Source: Spirochaetia bacterium (GTDB taxonomy: Bacteria > Spirochaetota > Spirochaetia > UBA9216). Taken from it: a DNA stretch of 64,000 nt. The notes under the pieces are model-generated. The model searched no databases. It was not told the DNA's origin and was given only the letters and a program-made list of their open reading frames with translations. Within the stretch, counting starts at the first letter, position 1. Each line of letters starts with the position of its first letter. Location: NCBI GenBank assembly GCA_963675665.1, contig OY776510.1:1888001-1952000 (forward strand), in the 5' to 3' direction. A program made the translations under genes and the position numbers. Shown one piece after another: positions 38,393-48,820 of this stretch.

Positions 38393-38703
38393 TCGAATTA
38401 GACAAGACAAACTATGACGAAACAGTAAAATCAGCAGAGAAACTGCTTGTCATTGATTTCTGGGGCACGACATGTGCCCCCTGCATGGCCCTGAAACCCT
38501 TTATCGAAAAGTACGAGAAGGAATTCGAGGGCAAAGCGGAATTCGCCGAAGTAAATATTCAGGGAAACCGACGGCTTGCGATACGCGAACAGGTTATGGG
38601 GCTTCCAACGATACTATTTTTTAAAAACGGAGAAAAAATCGACGAGCTTGTAGTTGATTTTTCCCCGCCTCAGCTTAAAAAAAAGATTGAGGAGCTTGTA
38701 TAA
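38389..38703 (+). CDS. trxA: Thioredoxin of the reductase system
   Basis: [23 protein letters not shown] (Grd-type Trx); ATGA overlap with the grdA stop. Confidence 0.9.
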   Translation: MIELDKTNYDETVKSAEKLLVIDFWGTTCAPCMALKPFIEKYEKEFEGKAEFAEVNIQGNRRLAIREQVMGLPTILFFKNGEKIDELVVDFSPPQLKKKIEELV

Positions 38704-41267
38704 TGGGCAGTTATTCCGGAATTACTGCATGTTCATATAATCTTCTCCATGTTCCTGAATTAAGTTTCCGCTACGGAAGCACACCTGAAGCGGAACGTGA
38801 AGCACATCCGGATTCCGATTTTATTCGGAATCTGGAAGCTTCTTTCCGTTCCTTCGATGAAGCGGCCGCATATATTCCAAACCAGGTTTTTATCGGCAAT
38901 ATTGATCCTCTGAACATGCCCGAACGGCCGTGGTCCGGCAGGGATTCCGCCGTTGCCAGGAATTCAGGACCGTACGGAGACATCCTGGATGAGGTTTCCG
39001 CGATTGGTTTGCTGAAATTCTCGGACATGTTTGACCTTGTTCTGCTTGAAAGCGGCTTTGCAGCTTCCGCAAAGAAAAACCTTGAGGGCCTCGGGGTTCT
39101 GAAAGGATCCGATCTGTCGAAATTTGATACGGAAGTTTCGATTGATCAGATAAATGAGGCGATAAATACAAAAGCGCTTCCCCTGTATTACAAGAGAAAA
39201 ATTATCGGCTGTGTTAAGGCAGCTCATCCGGATGATCTCAGCCTCAGGGCCCATGTAATTTTTGAAAACCTTGCGTCTAAAGCCGGAGCGGTATATTCCG
39301 TTCTGAAACTCATTGCGTTAAGCGGAACGGACCCGGCTTCTGTTGATTATATTATTGAGACCTCGGAAGAAGCCTGCGGAGATGCAAACCAGCGCGGCGG
39401 AGGAAACTTTGCAAAAGCGATAGGAGAGCTTTCCGGGCTTAAAAATGCAACAGGCAGCGATACCCGTTCATTCTGTGCGGGCCCTGTCCACGGGATTCTG
39501 CAGGCAGCCTCGCTTGTAAAGGCCGGGACTTTCAGAAAGGTAATTGTGGCGGCAGGCGGTACAACCGCAAAGCTTGCCATGAATTCCAGAAAGCATATTG
39601 AAAAAGGCTTTCCCGTGCTTGAAGACTGTATGGGTGCTTATGCGCTGCTGATTGAAGGCGGAGACTCGCTTTCGGCGGGCAAACGGGGCGGAATAATAAT
39701 CAGAAACGATCTGGCGGGAATCCACCGGATAGGATCAGGCTCCTCGCCTCAGAACGTGATTCAGAGCCTTGTTGCCGACCCTCTGGAAAAGGCCGGAAAG
39801 CGATTTGATGAAATCGGTTATTACGCACCGGAGCTGCATAACCCGGAGATTACCGAAGCCGGAGGGGCAGGCAATGTAACCCTTGCCAACCTGAAGATGG
39901 TGGCAGCCATGGCCGTAATGAAAAAGCAGATTGAACGTTCGGATATCAACGACTTTATAGATGCTCACGGATCGCAGGGATGGGCGCCTACCCAGGGCCA
40001 CATCCCGTCAGGAATTCCCGCCCTGGGGTGGATTATGAAATGGTTTGAATCCGGGCGCATTAATAACGCGATGATTATAGGCAAGGGCAGCCTTTTTCTC
40101 GGAAGAATGACGGGACTGTTCGACGGTGTTTCAATAATACTGGAAAGCGGCCGTGTCGGAGGACCGACTTCTGAAAAGACGCCTGCTCACGCAGTTGCGA
40201 AATCTGTTTCGACCCGAAAGGGCGCCGTAAAAGTCGGGTTGACAATTCCCGGATCTGAATCAGGCGCCGGCGAGCTGCTGCGCGCGGCAGCCGAAGCTGA
40301 AACGGTTATGCCCGGGCTTGACGTGGTAACTTTCGGAGATGAATCTTCGGAACCGGGGAAGGCGCATGGAATGATGGAGAAAGCGCTTGAACAGGGTGAT
40401 GTGGATTCCGTGGTAACATTTCACTATCCGTTTCCTGTAGGAACCGCAACCGTAGGGCACACAAAAGCGCCCGGCAGCGGACGTGATATTTTTATCGCGT
40501 CGACTACCGGAATATCGGACACAAACCGAGTTGTCGCCCTGATTAAAAACGCGGTTGCCGGAATTGCTGCTGCAAAGGCCTGGGGAATAGTCTCTCCTTC
40601 TGTCGGAGTGCTTAACCTCGACGGGGCCCGCGCGGCCCTGCAGGGATTAAAACGCCTGAAGAGCTCCGGTTACGGTATAGAATTGGCCGTGTCGGCCCGG
40701 GGCGATGACCTGCTGCGCGGAAACGACATTCTTGCCGGAACAGCCGATGTAATCGTCTGCGATACTCTCAGCGGTAATGCTTTCATGAAACTTTTAACGG
40801 CATATTCTTCCGGCGGAATGCTTGAAGTCAGCGGATCAGGCTACGGGCCGGGGCTCGGCGCTGAGCTGCCACTTGTGAATATCATTTCGCGGGCAGCCGG
40901 AAGCGCCGCAGTTGTAAACGCGATAATTTATTCGGCACGAATGGCTTTGTCGGGTTTACAAACTGTCTATTCCGAAGAGTATGCATCAGCTTTAAAAGCC
41001 GGTCTTTCCGGGATAATCGAAGAAAACAGGCAACCGGAAACCAACGCGGAATCCGGATCTGAGGAGCCTGAAGCAAAGACTGTGGAACATGAGATTGAAG
41101 GAATTGATGTGCTTCAGCTTGAAGATGCCGTTAAACGACTTAAAGCGGACGGGATCTACTGCGAAGCCGGAATGGGCTGTACCGGACCGGTGGTTATGAT
41201 CGCTGTTGAAGATGTTGAACCGGCAAAGAAAATACTGATAAAGCAAGGGTTTATCGAGGAGGCTTAG
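38703..41267 (+). CDS. Fused reductase protein C (GrdC-GrdD)
   Basis: N-half SEEACGD.NQRGGGNFAK, FCAGP, AKL.MN...H, PTQGHIPSG, GKGSLFLGRMT.LFDGVS (GrdC); C-half GSE.G, VT.HY.FP.G..TVG, RGND.L.G, GYGPG, EAGMGCTGP (GrdD). Confidence 0.9.
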   Translation: MGSYSGITACSYNLLHVPELSFRYGSTPEAEREAHPDSDFIRNLEASFRSFDEAAAYIPNQVFIGNIDPLNMPERPWSGRDSAVARNSGPYGDILDEVSAIGLLKFSDMFDLVLLESGFAASAKKNLEGLGVLKGSDLSKFDTEVSIDQINEAINTKALPLYYKRKIIGCVKAAHPDDLSLRAHVIFENLASKAGAVYSVLKLIALSGTDPASVDYIIETSEEACGDANQRGGGNFAKAIGELSGLKNATGSDTRSFCAGPVHGILQAASLVKAGTFRKVIVAAGGTTAKLAMNSRKHIEKGFPVLEDCMGAYALLIEGGDSLSAGKRGGIIIRNDLAGIHRIGSGSSPQNVIQSLVADPLEKAGKRFDEIGYYAPELHNPEITEAGGAGNVTLANLKMVAAMAVMKKQIERSDINDFIDAHGSQGWAPTQGHIPSGIPALGWIMKWFESGRINNAMIIGKGSLFLGRMTGLFDGVSIILESGRVGGPTSEKTPAHAVAKSVSTRKGAVKVGLTIPGSESGAGELLRAAAEAETVMPGLDVVTFGDESSEPGKAHGMMEKALEQGDVDSVVTFHYPFPVGTATVGHTKAPGSGRDIFIASTTGISDTNRVVALIKNAVAGIAAAKAWGIVSPSVGVLNLDGARAALQGLKRLKSSGYGIELAVSARGDDLLRGNDILAGTADVIVCDTLSGNAFMKLLTAYSSGGMLEVSGSGYGPGLGAELPLVNIISRAAGSAAVVNAIIYSARMALSGLQTVYSEEYASALKAGLSGIIEENRQPETNAESGSEEPEAKTVEHEIEGIDVLQLEDAVKRLKADGIYCEAGMGCTGPVVMIAVEDVEPAKKILIKQGFIEEA

Positions 41268-41672
41268 ATGGGGTTAAAAGTCGATCCTGAAAAATGCACC
41301 GAATGCGGAAGATGCACGGCAATATGTTCACTTGTCAAAACCGGAAGGATCCAGCCGCAGGCGGCGCGTATTCATATCGAGCGCCAGTGGCCTGAAATCC
41401 CGGTAATAGCTGTCTGCCGGTTTGAGAATTGTCCTGAACATCCCTGCATAGAGGCTTGTCCTTTTGATGCAATCGAAATAATAAACGGCAATGTACAGAT
41501 TATTGAAGATAAATGCCGGGGCTGTACAAAATGTGTAAAGGTCTGTCCGTTCGGCGCAATACAAATGGATAAGGATTCCAGGATAGCGCTCAAATGTGAT
41601 CTTTGCGGAGGAAGCCCTGCCTGCGTTCCGGAATGTGTGACTGAAGCGCTGACCTATTCGGAGGATGTGTAA
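41268..41672 (+). CDS. 4Fe-4S dicluster electron-transfer protein
   Basis: CTECGRC...C, C...C..HPC...CP, CRGCTKC...CP, KCDLC...P.C...C. Confidence 0.9.
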   Translation: MGLKVDPEKCTECGRCTAICSLVKTGRIQPQAARIHIERQWPEIPVIAVCRFENCPEHPCIEACPFDAIEIINGNVQIIEDKCRGCTKCVKVCPFGAIQMDKDSRIALKCDLCGGSPACVPECVTEALTYSEDV

Positions 41673-43495
41673 TGAGCGGAAGTATGTACGACAGAATGTT
41701 AAGAATAAACTGCTCCGCAGCTGAAGCAAAAATCTGGAATGTTCCGGATAATCTTAAACCCTATGTCGGCGGAATGGGTTACGGAACCAAGCTGCTGATT
41801 GACGAGGTTAACCCGGAGATCGACGGTTTGTCTCCTGAAAACAAGCTGATCCTGACCGTCGGTCCTCTTACGGGAACAACTGCCCCGCTTCATGCGCAGT
41901 CGTGTATTGTGACAAAATCTCCGCTGACCAATACAATTTTGAACTGTTATGCAGGCGGCTTTATCGGCGCCGAGATAAAATACTGCGGAATAGACGGTCT
42001 GATCCTTGAGGGGGCTTTCAGCGACTGGAAGATCCTCGTTGTTGATGATGATCATGTCGGTATTGAATCTGCCGAACCTGTAATGGGTTTTGGAACCGAA
42101 GAAACCGAGGAATGGGTAAAGCAGAAATACGGTAAAGACTACAGGACGATTTCGATCGGCCGGGCCGGAGAGAAACTTGTACGAATGGCGGCGGCTTTTT
42201 CCGAAACCCGGACCTACGGCCGGGGCGGAGCGGGAGCTGTGCTCGGTTCAAAGAGAGTCAAGGCAATTGCGTTCAGGGGAACAAGAGGTGCGGGTCTGTA
42301 TGATACTGATGAATTCAGCAGGCTGGTCGGAGAAAACATGAATCTTATTAAAGATTCATGCGGGCAGGAATTTAATCTTGTAGGAATGTTTTCCCGTTTC
42401 GGCACCGGCGCCGGCATGGGGCTTATCCAGTCAAGGGGTGCACTTGCAACCAGGAATTCACAGTACGGAAGTTTCGATCATTCGGAAGAGATCTCCGGGC
42501 AGACATACGAGAAAGATTTTTATACCCGGTGGGTTTCCTGTTACGGTTGCCCGGTACATTGCGGCAGGGTACACAAGTTTCACACCTTTAACGGCGGAGA
42601 AAGCTGGGCCCGGGGGCCTGAATATGAAACAATGTATTCGCTGGGATCACAGCTGTGCAACGGAAATCCGGATGTTCTTGCCGAAGCGAACCGTCTGACT
42701 GAAGTCTATGGAGTTGATTCGCTTACAATCGGGGTTACGCTTGCATTTGCATTTGAATGCGCTGAGAAGGGTTTGCTGAAAGACGACGAACTGAACCTTG
42801 AATTCGGCGATGCGGCTTCCATTCTGGGACTGATAAAGAAAATAGGCGAACGTGAAGGAATCGGCGATATCCTTGCCGAAGGTCCCGCGCTGGCTGCCAG
42901 ACAGATTGGCGGGGGATCGGAAAAATTCGCAATGCAGGTTAAAAACTCGGGATTTGCAGCGTGGATGCCCCGGCGGATGGTCGGTACCGGTCTGGCTTTC
43001 GCGACATCGAACCGCGGGGCATGTCATAAGCGCGCGCCGATAGGCGCAGAGATTACCGGTCAGGTTGATATGCTGAGTTTTGAAGACAAGGCAATAATTG
43101 TTAAAAAGAACCAGGATGTTGTAAATGCCACTTTTACACTGATAAGCTGTCGATTTCATGAGTTTATGACCCCGCATGAGGTTTATCCCGCTTTTATTCG
43201 GGCAGCTACCGGAATTGATATTGACCTCAAAGGGTTTTACAACCTTGGGGAACGGATATGGAACCTTGAAAAGATCTTCAACCTCCGGTCCGGATTAGGC
43301 CGGGAGGATGATATTCTTCCCGAACGCTGTTTCAGGGATCCTGTTCAGGGCGATAATTCCGAGGGATCTGTACTGGACTATGAAAAATGGCAGAACATGC
43401 TTACCGAATATTACAGTCTCCGCGGCTGGGACTACAACGGCGTGCCAACCGGAGAAAAACTGGAATCACTCGGAATAGGGGGCTACGGGATCTGA
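41672..43495 (+). CDS. Aldehyde:ferredoxin oxidoreductase family (tungstopterin)
   Basis: YVGG.G, KSPLT, GRGGAGAVLGSK, CYGCPVHC, GPEYET, RGACH, YY..RGWD..G.PT. Confidence 0.93.
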   Translation: MSGSMYDRMLRINCSAAEAKIWNVPDNLKPYVGGMGYGTKLLIDEVNPEIDGLSPENKLILTVGPLTGTTAPLHAQSCIVTKSPLTNTILNCYAGGFIGAEIKYCGIDGLILEGAFSDWKILVVDDDHVGIESAEPVMGFGTEETEEWVKQKYGKDYRTISIGRAGEKLVRMAAAFSETRTYGRGGAGAVLGSKRVKAIAFRGTRGAGLYDTDEFSRLVGENMNLIKDSCGQEFNLVGMFSRFGTGAGMGLIQSRGALATRNSQYGSFDHSEEISGQTYEKDFYTRWVSCYGCPVHCGRVHKFHTFNGGESWARGPEYETMYSLGSQLCNGNPDVLAEANRLTEVYGVDSLTIGVTLAFAFECAEKGLLKDDELNLEFGDAASILGLIKKIGEREGIGDILAEGPALAARQIGGGSEKFAMQVKNSGFAAWMPRRMVGTGLAFATSNRGACHKRAPIGAEITGQVDMLSFEDKAIIVKKNQDVVNATFTLISCRFHEFMTPHEVYPAFIRAATGIDIDLKGFYNLGERIWNLEKIFNLRSGLGREDDILPERCFRDPVQGDNSEGSVLDYEKWQNMLTEYYSLRGWDYNGVPTGEKLESLGIGGYGI

Positions 43496-43783
43496 GTGAA
43501 GGTTGTTGTTGAGTTTATCGGATATTTCCGGATTAAGGCGGGCTGCGAACTGGTTGAGTTTGAGCTGCCGGACGATGTTTCCGCAGCAGAACTGGTTGAT
43601 GCAATTGAGCAGAAATTTGAACGGCAGAAGCTGAAAATCAGTAAAGAAGGTATTCTTCAGGAGGGCGTTCTTATGTTTTACAGGAAAGAAAACGGCGGAC
43701 TTGAACGGATATTTAATCTGTCGTCCGGTCTGAAGGATGCAGGCGAAAGAATTGTGATAGCTAATCTGATGGGTGGAGGTTGA
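43496..43783 (+). CDS. MoaD/ThiS-like sulfur carrier
   Basis: Small beta-grasp-like protein ending in MGGG, directly after AOR. Confidence 0.7.
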   Translation: MKVVVEFIGYFRIKAGCELVEFELPDDVSAAELVDAIEQKFERQKLKISKEGILQEGVLMFYRKENGGLERIFNLSSGLKDAGERIVIANLMGGG

Positions 43784-43788
43784 GCTGA

Positions 43789-44637
43789 ATGGAATATTAT
43801 CGTCCGCATACTGTTGAAGAAGCGGTTAACCTGAAAGACGGGAACTCTTTATTTATAGCCGGAGGAACCGACCTCGGTGTAATGCTGGCCGACGCTGTAA
43901 AACAGCCGGGAGCATTGATTGATTTAAGTGCCATCGGCAGCCTCGACGGAATCAGGGAAAGAAAAGACGGGCTGGTTATAGGTCCCTGTACAAAAATTGC
44001 CGATATAGCTTCCTCGGATGTTCTCCCGGCAGCCCTTACCCGTGGCGCCGCAGCAATTGGCTCTCCACAGATCCGAAATATGGCCACAATAGGGGGAAAT
44101 ATCTGCAATGCATCGCCGTGCGGCGATACGCTGACCCCGTTAACGGTGTTTCATGCGGTATTTACGCTTCAGGGAAGGGAAGGCTCCAGGACAATCACTA
44201 CCGGTGATTTTTTCAGGGGACCAAAACAAACCGACCTCAGGGAGACGGAGATTCTGACCGAAATTTTTATTCCGGGAACAGCGCTTGCCGGTCTCAGCGG
44301 GTTCAGGATGACCGGGAAACGTAACGGGCAGGCGATATCACAGGTGAATATGGCACTCAGGCTGACGGTTGAAAACGGTACTGTAACCGGAGCGGTAATA
44401 GCCGCCGGGTCCGTAGCCCCGGTTCCAATCCGGCTTGAAAAATGCGAACAGCTTCTTACTGGGGTAAGAACAGCGGACCTTGTTTTCGGGGCCCCGTTTC
44501 TGAAAGAACTGGCGGCAGAGGCAGAGGCTGAAGTAATGCCGATATCTGATATACGCGCCGGGGAAGATTATCGCAGAAGCGTAAGCGGCTCCATACTTTC
44601 AGAGCTGGTTGCCGGGATAATTGCGGAGGGAGTGTGA
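43789..44637 (+). CDS. Xanthine dehydrogenase family FAD-binding subunit
   Basis: IAGGTDL, IGSPQIRN.ATIGGNICNASP.GD, PISD.RA...YR. Confidence 0.92.
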   Translation: MEYYRPHTVEEAVNLKDGNSLFIAGGTDLGVMLADAVKQPGALIDLSAIGSLDGIRERKDGLVIGPCTKIADIASSDVLPAALTRGAAAIGSPQIRNMATIGGNICNASPCGDTLTPLTVFHAVFTLQGREGSRTITTGDFFRGPKQTDLRETEILTEIFIPGTALAGLSGFRMTGKRNGQAISQVNMALRLTVENGTVTGAVIAAGSVAPVPIRLEKCEQLLTGVRTADLVFGAPFLKELAAEAEAEVMPISDIRAGEDYRRSVSGSILSELVAGIIAEGV

Positions 44638-45116
44638 GCGGTATGGAAATCAACTTTGTCATAAATGGGGAAAAACGGACAGAATATGCAGCAGCCGAGA
44701 CGAGGGCTCTTGATCTGCTTCGCGAAGATCTGAATCTTACCGGCACAAAAGAGGGCTGCGGCAAGGGAGAATGCGGGGCCTGTACAATTCTTCTTGACGG
44801 AAAACCCGTTTGTTCTTGTCTTCTTCCGGCCCCGAAGCTTGAGGGATGCAGTATTGTTACAATTGAAGGACTTAAAGGTGACGACGGAGGTCTTCATCCG
44901 ATACAGCAGGCTTTTCTTGATGCCGGCGCTATTCAGTGCGGATTCTGTACTCCCGGAATGATTTTAAGCGCCAAGGCTCTTCTGGATAATAACCCCGCGC
45001 CTGAGACAGCCGAGATAGAAACGGCATTAAGCGGAAATATCTGTCGTTGCACGGGCTACGGTAAAATTATCGAAGCGGTACAGCTTGCAGCTGAAAGGAT
45101 GCGGGTGGCCAAATGA
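44634..45116 (+). CDS. Xanthine dehydrogenase family 2Fe-2S subunit
   Basis: GTKEGCGKGECGACT, QCGFCTPG, GNICRCTGY. Confidence 0.95.
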   Translation: MSGMEINFVINGEKRTEYAAAETRALDLLREDLNLTGTKEGCGKGECGACTILLDGKPVCSCLLPAPKLEGCSIVTIEGLKGDDGGLHPIQQAFLDAGAIQCGFCTPGMILSAKALLDNNPAPETAEIETALSGNICRCTGYGKIIEAVQLAAERMRVAK

Positions 45117-47413
45117 CTGATAAAAACAGCGATATGAATTTAAAGGTAGTCGGCAAACCGGCCGTCAAGGTCGACGGTTTGGAGCTTGTTACCGGAAGGG
45201 CCAAATTTTCAGGTGATATGCGGTTTCCGGGAATGGTTTACGGATACGCGGCCCGCGCGGGGGTTCCTGCGGGGAAGCTTAAATCAGTCGATGTTACCGG
45301 GGCATTGGAGGCAGAGGGTGTGCTGGCTGTTTTGACGGCGGAATCATTGCCGGGGCCCAATCTGATGGGTATTCTTCCGCCGTTTGATCAGCCGGTTCTG
45401 GCCGCTGATGAAATCAGGTATGCAGGAGAAAGCGTGGCTTTTGTAGTTGCACGCACAAAACGTGCGGCAAGGCTGGCTTCAAAGCTTGTAAAAATCGAAA
45501 TCGAAGAGTATGCCCCGGTCCTGACAACCGAAGAAGCGCTGAAAACAGGCGCCAGAAAGATTCATCCCGACGGAAATATTACGTATACACGCAAACTGAT
45601 CAAGGGTGATGTTGAAGCCGGTTTTGCCGATGCTGATCTTGTAGTTGAAAATGATTATGAAACATCTTTCCAGGAGCATGCCTACATTGAACCTGAAAGC
45701 GTATGCGCAGTGCCGTCAGGAGATAACAGGGTTACGGTTTACGCAAGCTGCCAGTCTCCGTATCATCTGCGTTCCCACATAGCGGCGAACATCGGGCTTC
45801 CGCATACGAAGGTCAAGGTTATTCAGGCATATACCGGCGGGTCTTTCGGCGGCAAGGATGATGCTGCTGCCGAGATAGGTATTCTTGCTGCGGCTGCCGC
45901 GGTTAAACTGCAACGACCGGTAATGGTTGCCCATGACAGGGAAGAATCGATAATCGGAACAAACCTGCGGCACGCCATGAAGATACACTATAAAACCGGT
46001 CTGAAAAAGGACGGAACAATTACCGCCCGTAAAGCGGAGCTTGTTCTTGACGGCGGGGCCTATGCTTCGGAAAGCCCTTTTGTTGTAATGAAAGCGCTTA
46101 TCCACGCTGCAGGACCGTACATCATTCCGAATGTGATGATTGAATCCACGGCTGTTTATACCAACAAGACTTATTCGGGCGCATTCAGGGGGTTCGGGGT
46201 TCCACAGGTTACCTTTGCCGGTGAAACGCAGCTGCAGGAAGCCGCCGACAGGTTGGGGCTTGATCCGCTTGATATACGGATGAAAAACGCACTTAAACCG
46301 GGAGAAGCCACGGCTACAAGTCAGGTGCTTAATGAATCGGTGGGAATAAGACAGACCATAGAATGCGTGCAAAAGCGGGCAAATGAAATTTCAGTCGAAA
46401 CATACGAAGACGAACGATATCTTTACGGCACCGGATATGCTTCGATGTTGCAGGGAATATCCAACGGGGCCGAAGGCATTGACGTTGTAGGCGCCTCGGT
46501 GCAGATGAGCCAGGACGGTTCTGTCCTGGTCGGCGCGGGGCTTACCGAACTGGGGCAGGGCGCCCGGACGGTGCTTGCCCAGATTGCGGCCGAAGTCCTC
46601 GGCGTGCCGGTTGAAAGGGTAACGGCCAGGCTGGCAGATACCGATTCGGTTCATGATTCGGGGCCTACTGTAGCCTCGCGTACAACAACAACCGGCGGGA
46701 TGGCTGTATACAAGGCCGCAAACGAGGTTAAAAACAGCCTGCTGCAGATGGCGGCGCTGATGTTCAAGACCGAAGCGGAAAATATTGTGCTGAAAGAGGG
46801 ATTCGCAGTGCTTGTTTTTGACGACTCGGCCAGAATTCCAATCAGCGATGTTGCAACTGCGGCATACTGGACCGGGTTCCCGCTGATGAATATGGCGTTT
46901 TCCCGTGCGCCCGATGCCGAATATGATCATGATACTCACCAGGGACGAATCTATATCGCTTATAACTTCGGGACCCATATGATGAGGATAAGAATTGATA
47001 AATCCACAGGCCGTGTAGAGGTTTTAAACCATGTTGCTTCGCATGATGTCGGCAAAGTCATCAATCCTCTTGGATTGACCGGCCAGGTTGAAGGCGCGTC
47101 GCTGATAGGTTTTGGTCTCGGGCATATGGAAAAGATTGAATATGACGGCGGTATTATCAGGAATCCGAATTTTGCTGATTATGCCGTGCCTACGATAATG
47201 GACAGAATTCCGACTGAAGTAATTGCTGTGGAAGAGGCGACTGTAAACGGGCCTTACGGGGCAAAGGGGGTCGGAGAACCGCCGGTTGCAGGAGCAACTG
47301 CAGCATTTGCTAACGCGGTGGCTGATGCGGTCGGCTGCAGATTCAGAAAGATTCCTGTAACCAGAGAGGATATCCTGGCTGCAATTCGCAGCGCAGAGCG
47401 GCAGGGAGAGTGA
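45113..47413 (+). CDS. Xanthine dehydrogenase family molybdopterin-binding subunit
   Basis: HAYIEP, GGSFGGK, AFRGFG, ELGQG, TVASR, GQVEG, GAKGVGE. Confidence 0.93.
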   Translation: MTDKNSDMNLKVVGKPAVKVDGLELVTGRAKFSGDMRFPGMVYGYAARAGVPAGKLKSVDVTGALEAEGVLAVLTAESLPGPNLMGILPPFDQPVLAADEIRYAGESVAFVVARTKRAARLASKLVKIEIEEYAPVLTTEEALKTGARKIHPDGNITYTRKLIKGDVEAGFADADLVVENDYETSFQEHAYIEPESVCAVPSGDNRVTVYASCQSPYHLRSHIAANIGLPHTKVKVIQAYTGGSFGGKDDAAAEIGILAAAAAVKLQRPVMVAHDREESIIGTNLRHAMKIHYKTGLKKDGTITARKAELVLDGGAYASESPFVVMKALIHAAGPYIIPNVMIESTAVYTNKTYSGAFRGFGVPQVTFAGETQLQEAADRLGLDPLDIRMKNALKPGEATATSQVLNESVGIRQTIECVQKRANEISVETYEDERYLYGTGYASMLQGISNGAEGIDVVGASVQMSQDGSVLVGAGLTELGQGARTVLAQIAAEVLGVPVERVTARLADTDSVHDSGPTVASRTTTTGGMAVYKAANEVKNSLLQMAALMFKTEAENIVLKEGFAVLVFDDSARIPISDVATAAYWTGFPLMNMAFSRAPDAEYDHDTHQGRIYIAYNFGTHMMRIRIDKSTGRVEVLNHVASHDVGKVINPLGLTGQVEGASLIGFGLGHMEKIEYDGGIIRNPNFADYAVPTIMDRIPTEVIAVEEATVNGPYGAKGVGEPPVAGATAAFANAVADAVGCRFRKIPVTREDILAAIRSAERQGE

Positions 47414-47431
47414 TCTCCTGAAGGAGCTTTT

Positions 47432-48820
47432 ATGGCTGATATTTTTATAAAGAACGCGCTGGTAATGACCTGTGAGCCGAATGTCATCAGCGGAGAAATT
47501 ATCGACGGCGGCGCTGTCGCAGTCAGGGACGACCGGATCATCGCAGTCGGTAAAACTGCGGATCTTGAACCTGAATACGGCAAATCCGAAAGGGTGATTG
47601 ATGCTGCCGGTAAAATCGTAATGCCCGGGTTTATAATTACCCATACTCATATGCCGTATGTGATGGGACATAACCAGCCGGTTGATTTCAGCCAGCTTCG
47701 CTCTTTTTGGGACATGCTTCAGAAAATGGGATGGGAATGGCTGGAAGATCTTATTACCCGGGAAGGAATCTACGCGGCAACCCGCTATGCAGCGGCAAAG
47801 ATGCTGAAAAGCGGTACGACCACGGTATGCGATCTTGTCGAGGCTCCCAATGACATGGACGGCGCCCTTGAGGCAAGTTCAAAAGCGATAGAAGAAATCG
47901 GAATAAGAGCTAACCTCGGGTACGAAGTAACCGAAAGGGTTCCGGGAGTTTCAATTCTCGAAAAACTGGATCCCGCAATGGCCCGAAAGGGGCTTGAAGA
48001 AAATATCCGGCTGATAGAAAAGTATCCGGCCGACGGCAATTCGCTGATAAAACCCCGCCTCGGAGTGCATACCGCCTATACAAACTCGCCTGAAACCCTG
48101 AAACTCGCCCGTGAAACCGCGGACCGCTACGGCTGCGGCATACAGATTCATATTGCCGAGATACCGAGGGCTTTCCTGGTTGAGAAATACGGAAAATCAG
48201 CACCGATGCTGCTTGAGGAATGCGGTCTTCTTGGCCCTGATGTTGTAGCCGCACATTGTATAGATTTAACCGATGAAGATTTGAACATCCTGGCGCGAAA
48301 CAGAGTGAACGTTGCACATACGCCGATGACCAACTCGCTGGGCGGAAACGGCGTTGCAAGGGTTCCCGATATGTTGCAGAGCGGTATGAACGTCACAATA
48401 GGACATGATTGTTTCTTTACTCTCGATACGTCGGAGTATATCCGTTATACATACCTTATTCATAAGGCCCATAATGCAAACCCGGCCCTGATGCCTCCTT
48501 TCATGCCGCTTGATTTTGCTTTGGGTAATGCTGCAAAAGCGTTAGGAATGGAAAAAACAATCGGCAGTATAACCGGAGGTAAAAAAGCGGATCTGCTGAT
48601 AATCAAACCCGATTGCCCGACCCCGCTGACTCCTGCGTCTGTTATGTCGTTTTTTACAATGACTTTTCTCGGCAAGGATGTCGAGACAGTGCTTGTCGAC
48701 GGCAGAATTGTAGTAGACGATAAAAAACTTGCCACAGGGGACGAAGATGCAATAATGGCCGAATGCGTAAGGCAAAGCACCGATCTCTGGGAACGGTGCA
48801 GCAGAAAGGGAGGTAATTGA
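47432..48820 (+). CDS. Metal-dependent amidohydrolase (SsnA/MtaD/guanine deaminase-like)
   Basis: MPGFI.THTH, GTTT, HTAY, HIAE, AHC, GHD, G.I..GKKADL. Confidence 0.88.
   Translation: MADIFIKNALVMTCEPNVISGEIIDGGAVAVRDDRIIAVGKTADLEPEYGKSERVIDAAGKIVMPGFIITHTHMPYVMGHNQPVDFSQLRSFWDMLQKMGWEWLEDLITREGIYAATRYAAAKMLKSGTTTVCDLVEAPNDMDGALEASSKAIEEIGIRANLGYEVTERVPGVSILEKLDPAMARKGLEENIRLIEKYPADGNSLIKPRLGVHTAYTNSPETLKLARETADRYGCGIQIHIAEIPRAFLVEKYGKSAPMLLEECGLLGPDVVAAHCIDLTDEDLNILARNRVNVAHTPMTNSLGGNGVARVPDMLQSGMNVTIGHDCFFTLDTSEYIRYTYLIHKAHNANPALMPPFMPLDFALGNAAKALGMEKTIGSITGGKKADLLIIKPDCPTPLTPASVMSFFTMTFLGKDVETVLVDGRIVVDDKKLATGDEDAIMAECVRQSTDLWERCSRKGGN

Noticed and set aside
38390-38401. Terminal TGA of grdA (after DCS) as a second Sec
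   Set aside because: It is an ATGA coupling with trxA, and readthrough would stop at TAG after only two more sense codons.
43493-43498. In-frame TGA-GTG junction as Sec readthrough fusing AOR to MoaD
   Set aside because: The AOR domain is complete at this point, there is no redox motif or evident SECIS, and abutting in-frame stop/start also occurs with TAG at 41267 and 57717.
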